A stretch of DNA of 64,000 nucleotides. Source: Bacteroidota bacterium. GTDB taxonomy: Bacteria; Bacteroidota; Bacteroidia; AKYH767-A; OLB10. Below the pieces are notes generated by a model. It worked only from the letters and a program-made list of their open reading frames with translations. It was not told the origin of the DNA and searched no databases. A program made the translations under genes and the position numbers. Where the stretch lies: contig JADKDR010000005.1 of assembly GCA_016714535.1 (NCBI GenBank), positions 358,966 through 422,965 of the forward strand, written 5' to 3'. Of the stretch, positions 1 through 9,802 are shown one piece after another (the stretch's first letter is position 1; each line of letters opens with the position of its first letter).

Positions 1-243
1 CATGCGTGGTCGCATCATGATGATTTTCATTGCCTGGCCAAGAACGAGTATCACTTTCATCAGCATGAGCACTCTTGTACACTATGTGATTATGCAGTTC
101 AAGTTATTGATAGTGCCAAGTTTGAAGAAATAAGCATACAGTCGCCTTTTGCTTTTAACCGTCACACCATATGTGCATTACCAGAAGGTTTCAGACAACA
201 TCTAAATTACACTTTTCCTGAGCGAGGTCCTCCTTTAGTTTAG
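1..243 (+). CDS. 3' end of a His/Cys-rich protein (…HHDDFHCLAKNEYHFHQHEHSCTLCDY…); possible metal-binding or metallochaperone-like protein; 5' end lies outside the window
   Basis: Open frame from position 1 to a TAG at 241-243, translated by eye. A dense His/Cys cluster sits immediately upstream of a TonB-dependent receptor. Confidence 0.4.
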   Translation, partial: HAWSHHDDFHCLAKNEYHFHQHEHSCTLCDYAVQVIDSAKFEEISIQSPFAFNRHTICALPEGFRQHLNYTFPERGPPLV

Positions 244-348
244 CGCTTTTACAATGACATCTTATCCATAAGTTTTGCCTAAATAGGGTAAAGGTTATGT
301 TGGTTATTTAGTGTTTTACTCAGGGTTTAGTAACTCTCTTATTTTATT

Positions 349-2700
349 TTGATGATTTTTAGTTTTGGCAAAATGTTAATACTGCTTGCAGTCAATACAT
401 TGAGCATTATGCTAGTGAATGCTATAGCCAATGCGCAAAGCAAGGTGCCTCCTTGTTCGCATACCTTAAGTGGTTATGTTACCGATGAGCATGACGGTAT
501 GCCTCTCGAATATGCAGCAGTATACATTGTGGAGTTAAAAATTGGAGGTGTAAGCGATAGCAGTGGTTTTTATAAGGTCAATGGTTTATGCAGTGGAACA
601 TATACCGTCAGGGTTACGCATATCGGTTGCGATACGGTTTATGAGAAATTGACATTAACCCAAAGTATGATCAGTAACTTCCAAACGGAGCACCATGTGG
701 AAGAGTTGGAACGCATTACCATTTCTGCTTCCAGGTTGAATGATGAAACTACCACGCCACGAAAGCAAGTTGCAGCGTATCGATTAAATGAAACCAAAGG
801 AGAAGTATTTGCAGCTACTTTAAGGAGTGTAACAGGTATTAACATGCTAACAACAGGTGCTACTATTTCAAAGCCGGTGTTGCATGGTATGCATAGCAAT
901 AGGTTATTGATTATAAATAATGGAGTAAGGCAAGAGGGGCAGCAATGGGGCACCGAGCATGCTCCTGAAATAGATGCTATGAATGTGGGTAATTTGCAAG
1001 TGATAAAAGGAGCAAGTAGTGTTCAGTATGGTCCCGATGCAATGGCAGGAGTTATAATTGCCGGTGCGCCCGCTATGGCCGATAGTGCCGGTGTTAGTGC
1101 CAACGTATTGCTAAGCGGATGGAGCAATGGCCGCGGAATGGCAAGTGCCGTTAATCTTAAAGGTAAGTTAGGTAAGCGTTTCCCGCTTGCATGGCAGGTG
1201 AATGGAACGCTAAAGAAAACAGGCGACATGCACACACCACATTATAATCTAAAAAACTCTTCTACGCAGGAAGTTAATTTTTCTTATGCTTTAGCTTATC
1301 GCATGCGGAAAATATCAACCGAAGTGTACTATTCGCAGTTTAACACCAAGCTTGGAATTCTATCGGCATCGCACATTGGTAATGTAACCGACCTTTTGCA
1401 GGCCTTCAATAGCGATACTCCGCAAGTAACAGGTGATTTTAGTTACGATATTGGTAAACCATTCCAGGATGTGCAGCATGAGCTTTTTAAGACTAAGACA
1501 TATATACTTACCGGTACAGCAAGCAAACTCGAGTTGCAATATGCAAGGCAGTATAACAAAAGGGCTGAGTATGACAAGCATGGCAGCAAGACCAATGACG
1601 ATTTGCCTGAGATGCAATTGGAAATTACCACCCATTCAGCAGATATGATTTGGCATCACAACCGTTTTTCTGAGATTTCGGGAATGGTTGGGGTAAGTGG
1701 ATTTTTGCAAAGCAATACGATAGAAGGTAGGTTGATTATACCAAATTATAAAACCACTAATGCAGGGGTTTTTATAATTGAAAAGTGGAAACACAATAAT
1801 TGGTTGGCAGAAGTAGGGGCAAGGTATGACTTTCGAAAAATTTCCATTTATAAGTACGATTATGTAAGTGCAGGAAATTATGTGCTAACTACACCTGAGC
1901 ATACTTTTAATAATACCTCCATTAATGCAGGTCTAAGTTATTCAGACCAAAAAGGTTGGTCGTTTAATTTGGCTTGCGGTATGGCATGGAGGCCTCCTTC
2001 GGTAAATGAGCTCTATAGCTATGGCTTGCATCACGGGGCAGCCGCCATCGAAAAAGGGGATTCGCAATTGCAGGCTGAAACGACCTATAATATTTCTCCA
2101 GAGCTGAGATATCAAAATGCAATCATAGAACTGGAATTGAATCCTTATATGCATTACATTACAGATTATGTGTACCGTCAACCTGAATCGAAACCTGTGA
2201 TTACCATACAAGGAGCTTTTCCTTCTTTTCAATATAAGCAGGCAGATGCATTATTGTATGGTAGCGACCTTACTTGCAAACTTACACCTGCATTTTCAAC
2301 ACAGTTGGTTTACACCGCTTCATTGGTGCGTGCGCAAAATCTTGAGTCAAATACATGGATAATAAACACCCCATCGGACCGGCATGCCTTGGAATTAAGA
2401 CAAAATTTAAAGGATGGTAAGCGAAGCAAAAGCGCTTATGTGGCCGTTACTGTAAGCCATACAAATAAGCAATGGCGTGTGTCGGCAAACGAAGACTTTA
2501 CACCGCCACCTCCTTCTTATGCATTGGTTGAATTGGTTGCATCAACAACGCTGCTTTATAAACAACAATCGGTAACCGTGGTTACCGGTATTAATAATCT
2601 TACAAACAACAGCTATCGCGATTACATGGATAGATTTAGATATTATGCAAACGCTCCGGGCCGCAATATTTATATTCGATTAATTTTTAACTTTCTTTAA
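349..2700 (+). CDS. TonB-dependent outer-membrane receptor with an N-terminal carboxypeptidase-regulatory-like domain
   Basis: 783 aa. Signal peptide, then a CarbopepD_reg-like segment (SGYVTDEHDGMPLEYAAVYIV…GTYTVRVTHIGCD). Plug motif NRLLIINNGVRQEGQQWGTEHAPEID. Long beta-barrel ending in an aromatic-rich C-terminus. The real start may be the internal Met at 373. Confidence 0.85.
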   Translation: MMIFSFGKMLILLAVNTLSIMLVNAIANAQSKVPPCSHTLSGYVTDEHDGMPLEYAAVYIVELKIGGVSDSSGFYKVNGLCSGTYTVRVTHIGCDTVYEKLTLTQSMISNFQTEHHVEELERITISASRLNDETTTPRKQVAAYRLNETKGEVFAATLRSVTGINMLTTGATISKPVLHGMHSNRLLIINNGVRQEGQQWGTEHAPEIDAMNVGNLQVIKGASSVQYGPDAMAGVIIAGAPAMADSAGVSANVLLSGWSNGRGMASAVNLKGKLGKRFPLAWQVNGTLKKTGDMHTPHYNLKNSSTQEVNFSYALAYRMRKISTEVYYSQFNTKLGILSASHIGNVTDLLQAFNSDTPQVTGDFSYDIGKPFQDVQHELFKTKTYILTGTASKLELQYARQYNKRAEYDKHGSKTNDDLPEMQLEITTHSADMIWHHNRFSEISGMVGVSGFLQSNTIEGRLIIPNYKTTNAGVFIIEKWKHNNWLAEVGARYDFRKISIYKYDYVSAGNYVLTTPEHTFNNTSINAGLSYSDQKGWSFNLACGMAWRPPSVNELYSYGLHHGAAAIEKGDSQLQAETTYNISPELRYQNAIIELELNPYMHYITDYVYRQPESKPVITIQGAFPSFQYKQADALLYGSDLTCKLTPAFSTQLVYTASLVRAQNLESNTWIINTPSDRHALELRQNLKDGKRSKSAYVAVTVSHTNKQWRVSANEDFTPPPPSYALVELVASTTLLYKQQSVTVVTGINNLTNNSYRDYMDRFRYYANAPGRNIYIRLIFNFL

Positions 2701-2710
2701 TTTAAAAAAT

Positions 2711-3274
2711 ATGAAAAAAACAATTTTAAATACATTATTTTTTTTGGCAATTATATCAGTAGTAACCTCTTGTAAAAAAGATAAAGATGATCCTGAAAAT
2801 CCTCCACCTACAGGCAACGAACAGGAAATTATAACTACCTTGAAATTAATTTTTAAGGATAGCGCAAATTTAGCAGATGTGCGTTCAGCCACATTTCGTG
2901 ATCCGGATGGAGATGGGGGGTTAGGCCCCAATATTTTTGATACCATTAAGCTTGATGCCAATAAAACCTGGCTAACCGAAATCGTTTTATTAAACGAAAC
3001 TGTAAATCCTGTTGACAGTATATCGAACGAAGTGCTTGAAGAGGCCAACGATCATTTGTTTTGTTACACAGCAACTGTGAATATAGTCGAAATTGTAGTA
3101 ACCGATAAGGATGGCAACTCCTTGCCTATAGGTATTCAATCAAAATGGACAACAAAAGCTGTAGGTCAGGGCACAGTTCAGGCAGTACTTAAGCATCAAC
3201 CGGGCACTAAGAATGGACAATGCAATATCGGTGAAACCGATATTGATGTTACCTTTCAAATGCAAGTGCAATAA
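2711..3274 (+). CDS. Lipoprotein (signal peptide + Cys), probable partner of the upstream TonB-dependent receptor
   Basis: 187 aa. Lipobox …VVTSC KKDKDD. Lies 10 nt downstream of the TonB-dependent receptor on the same strand. Confidence 0.6.
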   Translation: MKKTILNTLFFLAIISVVTSCKKDKDDPENPPPTGNEQEIITTLKLIFKDSANLADVRSATFRDPDGDGGLGPNIFDTIKLDANKTWLTEIVLLNETVNPVDSISNEVLEEANDHLFCYTATVNIVEIVVTDKDGNSLPIGIQSKWTTKAVGQGTVQAVLKHQPGTKNGQCNIGETDIDVTFQMQVQ

Positions 3275-3275
3275 A

Positions 3276-4964
3276 CTAACGCAGGCGGGTGAAAACCTGC
3301 CTGCTTACTTTTCCTTTTGAATTGGTTATAGCTACTACAATATTGCCTGTACTAACTTTTTCGGAAATAGTAATCTGATTTATAAAAATTGGAAGCACAT
3401 ATTTTGTGAATGACTGAAGTAGTTTTCCTGTCACATCATATATAGATACCGTTACATCCTGATTGGTGGTAGTAAAGAAACCTATTGTAAACTCATCCTT
3501 AAATGGATTTGGTCCATAGTTAATAATAAAATCTTCGTCCTTACTAACAGGAGTATCTAGTCCGCCTAATATGAAGGATGCTTGCGAGAAATTAGGAATC
3601 CCAAATCCGAGTAGTGTATCGGGGTTACTGTATTGCGAAGCACTTTGTCTAATTGCACTTGTAAGTTCTGCGCTGGTTTTTGCATTATGCGCTTGCCAAA
3701 GGCAAGCAGCAAGTCCTGCAATTACTGGTCCTGAGAACGAGGTTCCATTACCGGGCACCACTGAACCATCCCAGGGCGAAACCACATAGGTGCCTTGACC
3801 TAAAGCACATACATCAGGCTTCACACGTCCATCGGGGGTTGGGCCATTTCCACTAAATGATGCATATTGCATTAAACTATCTACAGCCCCAACAGCTAAA
3901 ATGTTGTTAGCATCGGCTGGCACACTAATATAGTTCCATGGACTATTTCCTTCGTTTCCAGCACTGTTAATTACTACAATGCCTCTGCTTGCTGCAATAT
4001 CTGCTGCAATGCTCATTGGCGCTGTATTGCCATCCAAGGAGGCATAACTGTGGTTGTGATTTGGATTGTCAAATAGCGTGTAGCCAAGTGAAGTTGAGAA
4101 TACATCTGCACCAATACTATCTGCAAATTCAGCACCTGCAGCCCAATTATACTCTTCAATTATGTTTTCAGTAGCGCCATCTTCAATTCTGCATAGTATG
4201 TATTGAACATGGGGAGCTATTCCTACCATTGTACCGGGAAGGTTAGCGGCCATTACTGATAGGCACGAAGTGCCACGTGGGTGAAAATCAAAAACTAAGT
4301 CATTATTCAAAACAAAGTCATGAGTTGCTACTATTCGGTTTTGTGCGAATAGGCTATCAAATACTGGAAGCGAATCTGTTTTCCAAAAACCAGCATCCAT
4401 TATAGCAATCATCATTCCATTGCCACTAAAGCCGGCATCGTGCAGGTTAATAGCGTTTAGCATATTAATCTGATGAAAGGCCGGGCCATAAGAAAAACTA
4501 TTTGACTTTTCTGAATTTGCCGCTTTCGGTCTTGTTAATATTTCACTGCCCTTAAATTTTCTGCTGTCTATATCTGCAGATGTGGCTACTATTATTCTGC
4601 CTACATTATTTACCGAACTCACAAATGATAAAGCTTGAACATCGGCAAGCACTTGTGAGTTGGTAGTTTGAATGGTTATGGTATTTAGCCATTTCGAATA
4701 ATTTATAATCGTTGCACCGAGATTACTGATAGTGCTTACATAAACAGGGTTTACAGGCAAGTCCATAGAATCTATGGCTATATTTTGATTCGCTCGCCTG
4801 GTTATAGATTTTTGACTTAGATACGCACCCGGATTAGAAAAACTGTAGGGTGAATTATTCTTATCTTTCAACTGCACCACATATCGGTCCTGAGCCACAG
4901 CTGTTGTCAAAGAAAAAAATAGTAAAGCAATTACAATATTGTTTTTTTTAAATAGTGAATTCAT
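3276..4964 (-). CDS. Subtilisin-like S8 serine peptidase with T9SS C-terminal sorting domain
   Basis: 562 aa. Signal peptide. Catalytic motifs AIMDAGF (Asp), HGTSCLS (His) and GTSFSGPVIAG (Ser). About 80-aa C-terminal beta-rich CTD (…VTVSIYDVTGKLL…). Confidence 0.85.
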   Translation of the reverse strand: MNSLFKKNNIVIALLFFSLTTAVAQDRYVVQLKDKNNSPYSFSNPGAYLSQKSITRRANQNIAIDSMDLPVNPVYVSTISNLGATIINYSKWLNTITIQTTNSQVLADVQALSFVSSVNNVGRIIVATSADIDSRKFKGSEILTRPKAANSEKSNSFSYGPAFHQINMLNAINLHDAGFSGNGMMIAIMDAGFWKTDSLPVFDSLFAQNRIVATHDFVLNNDLVFDFHPRGTSCLSVMAANLPGTMVGIAPHVQYILCRIEDGATENIIEEYNWAAGAEFADSIGADVFSTSLGYTLFDNPNHNHSYASLDGNTAPMSIAADIAASRGIVVINSAGNEGNSPWNYISVPADANNILAVGAVDSLMQYASFSGNGPTPDGRVKPDVCALGQGTYVVSPWDGSVVPGNGTSFSGPVIAGLAACLWQAHNAKTSAELTSAIRQSASQYSNPDTLLGFGIPNFSQASFILGGLDTPVSKDEDFIINYGPNPFKDEFTIGFFTTTNQDVTVSIYDVTGKLLQSFTKYVLPIFINQITISEKVSTGNIVVAITNSKGKVSRQVFTRLR

Positions 4965-4975
4965 AGAATAAAATG

Positions 4976-5707
4976 TTATTTCTTATAATCAATTATGTTC
5001 TCTATGTACTTTATGTATTTTACTGTATCAATAATATTGGGGTTGCCTTGCTGTGCTTGTCGTTCAATTTTGTAACTGTAACGATATACCAAGCCCACAT
5101 TGGCAGCATATTTTTCATATTCAAATTCGGGCTTCACCAAATTGGTGGTGTCATCAGTGTGCAACACAGTAGCAACTGAGTCAAGGTTAAATTTTCCAAC
5201 CTGTTCATTTACGTGCACATCAGTAAATTCATAATCCATGCGCTCAAATATGTTTTTGCTATTTCCATTCCATGTTTTACCATTCTTAATCGGAAAGCTA
5301 ACTTTAATGAAACGGTTATTGTCTTCGTTTCGCTCATACGCCATGCTGCTAATGCGCGCACTCCATACCTGATAAATTGTCCAATCTGGAAATTGACCAG
5401 AATCTTTACGAAATCGTTCGATACGATATGCAAGGTGTCCTTCATCATCAATAAACGTGTCTGCAACTACCTCTTTTATTTGATAATGGGCGTGAACATA
5501 ATTTGTAAATCCTGCCTTATAGGTTGAATCAACATCGTAAATGATCCAGTCGCCAATTTCAATGGGAGTGTAATTTATTCCGATGTAAGGAATTTCATCT
5601 TGCGAAGAATCTTTTTTACATGCGCTTATAGTAAAAATATAAAACATGTAACTAAATATTGTCAAGCAATATTTAGCCGAATTTGAAACTTGAACTTTTT
5701 TTATCAT
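4976..5707 (-). CDS. Hypothetical lipoprotein
   Basis: 243 aa. Signal peptide with Cys (…FTISACKKDSS). Confidence 0.5.
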   Translation of the reverse strand: MIKKVQVSNSAKYCLTIFSYMFYIFTISACKKDSSQDEIPYIGINYTPIEIGDWIIYDVDSTYKAGFTNYVHAHYQIKEVVADTFIDDEGHLAYRIERFRKDSGQFPDWTIYQVWSARISSMAYERNEDNNRFIKVSFPIKNGKTWNGNSKNIFERMDYEFTDVHVNEQVGKFNLDSVATVLHTDDTTNLVKPEFEYEKYAANVGLVYRYSYKIERQAQQGNPNIIDTVKYIKYIENIIDYKK

Positions 5708-5725
5708 GACCTAAATGGTTTATTT

Positions 5726-6088
5726 TTACAAAGGCATAATCATTTCCAGCGCACAAGGACTTTTTACATATACATCTTTCTGCCCATCTGGGTAGGTTAT
5801 TTCAAAATATACCGAATTTCCAAACCTCCAATTACTAATAATAACTTCTGTTCCGTCATCGCTCAATCTTGATTTTAAAGTTTCTCCGGTTTTTTGCAAA
5901 GTTCCTTTGTCAATACATTGAGCGGGTCTGCGTAGTTTAAACTTGTACTCATTAGGTGCTAGTTTTCCATTAAGCGAAGTATCCACCTGATTTATTGTTT
6001 GCGCTTTGGTATCTAGCGAAATAATTAAGGCGAAGAAGAATGCAAGTAAAAAATATCGTGCCATAGTAACAATGTTTTTAATTCGCAT
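5726..6088 (-). CDS. Hypothetical secreted protein
   Basis: 120 aa. N-terminal signal peptide (…SLDTKAQT). Lies 18 nt upstream of the previous minus-strand gene. Confidence 0.45.
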   Translation of the reverse strand: MRIKNIVTMARYFLLAFFFALIISLDTKAQTINQVDTSLNGKLAPNEYKFKLRRPAQCIDKGTLQKTGETLKSRLSDDGTEVIISNWRFGNSVYFEITYPDGQKDVYVKSPCALEMIMPL

Positions 6089-6204
6089 CTAATTTACAGA
6101 CTATTTACTAGATGCGCAAAGATAATTTTATTTGAAGCGTTTATTTTACACAAATTTGCAAATAGAAACGTTAGATTTTTTTAAACTATATAAATTAATA
6201 AAAG

Positions 6205-6975
6205 ATGGTTCACGAAATTGATTTTAACATAGTAGGTGATGATGTTCAATTGGTGGAAATTGAATTAGATCCGAAAGAGGCGGTGCGTGCCGAGGTAGGA
6301 AGCATGCTCTATATGGAAGAGGGAATAGAAATGCAAACCGGCACAGGTGGAGGTATATTCAAAGGCTTAAAGCGTATGATAACCGGAGATAGTTTTTTTA
6401 TAAGCAGTTTTATTAATCAGGGTGGTGGCAAGCGTAAAGTTGCTTTTGCAGCTCCATACCCGGGAAAAATTATTCGAATAAATCCTGCAGATCATGGAGG
6501 AGCATTTTTTTGCCAGAAGGATGGATTCCTTTGCGCTGCTCAAGGGATAGAAATAAATGTGGCTTTCACTAAAAGATTTGGTGCAGGCCTATTTGGAGGC
6601 GAAGGATTTATTCTGCAAAAATTAGAAGGAAATGGCAATACGTTTATTCATGCAGGTGGTACGATTATACGGAGAGAATTGAAGCAAGGCGAAACATTGC
6701 GCGTAGATACTGGTTGTCTGGTTGGCTTTAGCCCTACCATTGATTATGACATTAAATTTGTTGGAGGATTTAAAAATGCTTTATTCGGTGGCGAAGGTTT
6801 GTTTACAGCCCTTGTTACAGGTCCTGGTTTAGTGTTTCTGCAAAGCCTACCATTATCGAGGTTAGCTGGTCGTATATTACAAGCGGGAGGATCTTTTGGA
6901 GGTAGAGAAGAGTCGCGCGGTCTTGGTGGAATAACCGGAGGCTTGCTTGGAGGCTTAATAAGCGGCAAAGAATAA
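6205..6975 (+). CDS. TIGR00266/AIM24 (DUF124) family protein with Gly-rich C-terminal tail
   Basis: 256 aa. N-terminus MVHEIDF…VQLVEIELDP…GSMLYMEEGIEM is typical of the AIM24/TIGR00266 family. C-terminus GGSFGGREESRGLGGITGGLLGGLISGKE. Confidence 0.6.
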   Translation: MVHEIDFNIVGDDVQLVEIELDPKEAVRAEVGSMLYMEEGIEMQTGTGGGIFKGLKRMITGDSFFISSFINQGGGKRKVAFAAPYPGKIIRINPADHGGAFFCQKDGFLCAAQGIEINVAFTKRFGAGLFGGEGFILQKLEGNGNTFIHAGGTIIRRELKQGETLRVDTGCLVGFSPTIDYDIKFVGGFKNALFGGEGLFTALVTGPGLVFLQSLPLSRLAGRILQAGGSFGGREESRGLGGITGGLLGGLISGKE

Positions 6976-7167
6976 TTATTAATTTCTATATCTCTTCATG
7001 GCAAGTATTTATTTTAAGACTGAATCGTTTTATTTTCTTAAAGATATGCTCCATCCGGATATTGCTAAAGCAGGATTCTTTAGTAGTTGTAATTGCATTA
7101 ATATTAATAGGCAAGAATAAATTTTCATTTATTGGCTTACAAACTTGATTTGGATAAAAAAAAGACA

Positions 7168-7175
7168 TATATTTG
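7168..7175 (+). promoter_or_regulatory. Bacteroidetes sigma-A -7 box (TAnnTTTG) upstream of the cupredoxin gene
   Basis: Sequence tatatttg lies about 30 nt upstream of the ATG at 7205. Confidence 0.4.
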
Positions 7176-7204
7176 CTTAACTCTTAAATCAAAAAAAATC
7201 AAAA

Positions 7205-8290
7205 ATGGCAAAGAAAACTACATTATTATTTATTCTTTTAACTGCCGGAATGGCTATAAGCGATAAAACTTATGCGGCAAAGTTTACTGTTCAAGTAAGC
7301 TCGTTTCAGTTTTCGCCAAGTACTTTTAGTATGAACCTTGGTGATACTGTGATTTGGCAGTACGTAAATGGTAGTCATACCACCACCAGTACAGTTATTC
7401 CTAACGGAGCAGCACCATGGAATTCGCCTATGAGCCCCAATGTAACAACCTTCTTGTATGTGCCTGCAGTTGTTGGAACGTACAATTATCAATGCAATCC
7501 GCATTCAGGCGTAATGCAAGCTAGTTTTGTTGTTCTTTGCCCGCCTGTGCAGGTTGCAATAGCTGCAAATGGTCCAACCACTTTTTGTAAGGGCGGAAGT
7601 GTGACACTTGCAGCCACACCATCTACCGGCACATTTAAATGGCAGAAGAATGGGGTTGACATCCTTGGAGCGGTAATGTCAACTTATACAGTAAATCAAA
7701 CAGGAACTTTTAATTACAGTGTAATTCGAACTAATAATTGTGGTAATACTTCTGCATCGAATGCAATACAAGTAAAGGTAAAAGCATTGCCAGCTGCTAC
7801 CATTACGCCTAAAGATACCGTTCTAAAATGTGCAGCTCAAACCATCACCATGCTGGCAAACTCAGGTAATAACTTAACCTATCAATGGAGACGAAATGCA
7901 ACCCTATTGAATGGACAAACCAATCAAGTATATATGAGCAATCAGGCAGGTACCTATAGGGTTATCGTTACCAACACTGCTTCAGGTTGTAGCCGCACAT
8001 CGCTACCAACCTATGTTATTAATAATTGCCGCGAAGGCAATCAATTAGAAACTGATTTGGCTGTTGGGCCTAATCCATTTTCGCATGATTTTTCAATACT
8101 ACTGCCGGTTTCAGGCATGGTTTGTAAGCTCGAAATATATTCCATAAGCGGACAACGTGTTTTTGCAAAAACAATATCTGAAACCACGTCCGGCCTTGGG
8201 ACTGAGCTAGAGCCAGGAATGTATTTTATTAGAATGATAGATGCATCAACAGGAGCGATCTTAAAAATGGAGCGATTGATAAAAAATTAA
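7205..8290 (+). CDS. Cupredoxin (plastocyanin/pseudoazurin-like type-1 copper) domain protein with Ig-like repeats and T9SS C-terminal domain
   Basis: 361 aa. Signal peptide. Candidate Cu ligands are His in NGSHTTT plus YQCNPHSGVM (Cys-x2-His-x3-Met). Two roughly 90-aa repeats share a CG..S.T motif. CTD …KLEIYSISGQRVF…. Confidence 0.7.
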   Translation: MAKKTTLLFILLTAGMAISDKTYAAKFTVQVSSFQFSPSTFSMNLGDTVIWQYVNGSHTTTSTVIPNGAAPWNSPMSPNVTTFLYVPAVVGTYNYQCNPHSGVMQASFVVLCPPVQVAIAANGPTTFCKGGSVTLAATPSTGTFKWQKNGVDILGAVMSTYTVNQTGTFNYSVIRTNNCGNTSASNAIQVKVKALPAATITPKDTVLKCAAQTITMLANSGNNLTYQWRRNATLLNGQTNQVYMSNQAGTYRVIVTNTASGCSRTSLPTYVINNCREGNQLETDLAVGPNPFSHDFSILLPVSGMVCKLEIYSISGQRVFAKTISETTSGLGTELEPGMYFIRMIDASTGAILKMERLIKN

Positions 8291-8390
8291 TTAGTTGCTA
8301 CATTGATCTTCGTTAATATGGTTTCAGCCATTTTATGCACGATTATTAGAAACATTTTTAAACAAGTTATATAGCAGGATTGAAAATAGT

Positions 8391-8398
8391 TACATTTG
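8391..8398 (+). promoter_or_regulatory. -7 box TAnnTTTG upstream of M43 peptidase 1
   Basis: Sequence tacatttg lies 37 nt upstream of the ATG at 8435. Confidence 0.35.
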
Positions 8399-8434
8399 CA
8401 AAAAGATAATTAACACAATAAATTCTTTAAAATA

Positions 8435-9697
8435 ATGAAAAAAACACTACTTGTAGTATCTGCCGCATTTTTATGCATAAGCAGCATGAATGCGCAGGAT
8501 CAAAAAAGAACGCGCCAATGCGCAACACATGAACACAACGCAGAGTTAATGTCCAAAGACTCGCAGTTTAAAGCCAATTATGACAGATTAAATGCAGAAG
8601 CTGCAGAAGTTGATGCAAATCCCTCATTAAATAAAGTAACAAACATTGTGACCATTCCGGTTGTTGCGCATGTATTATGGAAAACTCAAACACAGAATAT
8701 AGTAGATGCTAAGATATTTGCTCAAATAGAGCAATTAAATCAAGACTATAGTGCTACTAATACTGACACTAACCTTGTTCCTGCTGTGTTTAAGCCACTT
8801 ATTGCCAATTCACAAATTCAGTTTTGTCTTGCAAAGCGCGACCCTCAAGGTAACCCGCATACTGGAATTAACCGTGTACAGACAACAAAAAGCTCATTTG
8901 GCTCAAGTAATGATGCAAAATTCACGAGTCAGGGTGGTGTAGACGCATGGCCTCGTGATAGTTACTTAAATCTATGGATTTGTAACTTAGGTGGTGGCTT
9001 ATTAGGTTATGCACAATTTCCTGGTGGTGCTGCCAATACCGATGGCGTAGTTGTATTGTATTCTTCGATAGGAAGCATTGCAAATCCGGGCTCATTTAGC
9101 CCATACAACCTTGGTCGTACAACAACGCACGAAGTTGGCCACTGGCTAAATCTTCGTCACATTTGGGGAGATTCAAATTGCGGAAACGATTTCGTTTCCG
9201 ATACTCCTGTGCAACAATCCTCTAATTTTGGTTGCCCATCATTTCCAAAGATCACTTGTAGTAATGGACCTAATGGCGAAATGTTTATGAACTATATGGA
9301 TTATGTTGACGATGATTGTATGAACATGTTTTCGATAGGACAAGGGGCTCGCATGAACTTGCTATTTAACCCTAACAATGGAACTCGTAAAGCATTATTA
9401 ACTTCTCTAGGCTGTGTTCCGGCAAGCATTAACGAAATTTCAGATGCTGCCGAAATCATGAGTATATTTCCTAACCCTTCAAGTGGTATTTTTAATCTAT
9501 CATTTATGGCAGGAAATATTCGTCAATTTGAAGTAGAAGTGCATAATCTTGTAGGCCAAAAGGTATTTAGTACGCAAGAAAAGGCTTTTACAAACAGTAA
9601 CTATCAACTTGATTTAAGTAGTTTGAAAAAGGGAGTATATAATATGTTATTTAGTACCGAAGGCAAGATTTATACAAAGCGAATAAGTATTCAATAA
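8435..9697 (+). CDS. M43-family (pappalysin/cytophagalysin-like) zinc metallopeptidase with T9SS C-terminal domain
   Basis: 420 aa. Signal peptide. Zinc-binding HEVGHWLNLRHIWGD and Met-turn region MNYMDY. C-terminal sorting domain. Confidence 0.8.
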   Translation: MKKTLLVVSAAFLCISSMNAQDQKRTRQCATHEHNAELMSKDSQFKANYDRLNAEAAEVDANPSLNKVTNIVTIPVVAHVLWKTQTQNIVDAKIFAQIEQLNQDYSATNTDTNLVPAVFKPLIANSQIQFCLAKRDPQGNPHTGINRVQTTKSSFGSSNDAKFTSQGGVDAWPRDSYLNLWICNLGGGLLGYAQFPGGAANTDGVVVLYSSIGSIANPGSFSPYNLGRTTTHEVGHWLNLRHIWGDSNCGNDFVSDTPVQQSSNFGCPSFPKITCSNGPNGEMFMNYMDYVDDDCMNMFSIGQGARMNLLFNPNNGTRKALLTSLGCVPASINEISDAAEIMSIFPNPSSGIFNLSFMAGNIRQFEVEVHNLVGQKVFSTQEKAFTNSNYQLDLSSLKKGVYNMLFSTEGKIYTKRISIQ

Positions 9698-9720
9698 ATT
9701 TAAATAAATAATTTTAAAAA

Positions 9721-9757
9721 AGCGCAACTAAGAAGTACTTTTGGTTGCGTTTTTTTA
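9721..9757 (+). terminator. Rho-independent terminator
   Basis: agcgcaac…gttgcgt stem followed by a T7 run, 24 nt after the stop of the first M43 gene. Confidence 0.5.
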
Positions 9758-9802
9758 TTATCAATAGTCTCTAAGAAAAGTGCGTTAAAGCACCATCACC
9801 GT

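Noticed and set aside
2680-3048. 122-aa minus-strand ORF overlapping the end of the TonB-dependent receptor and the lipoprotein gene
   Set aside because: Entirely antisense to two well-supported genes, low complexity, no motif. It is a spurious shadow ORF. The same reasoning applies to the other antisense track ORFs inside fusA, secY, the GH13 gene, the M13 gene and so on.
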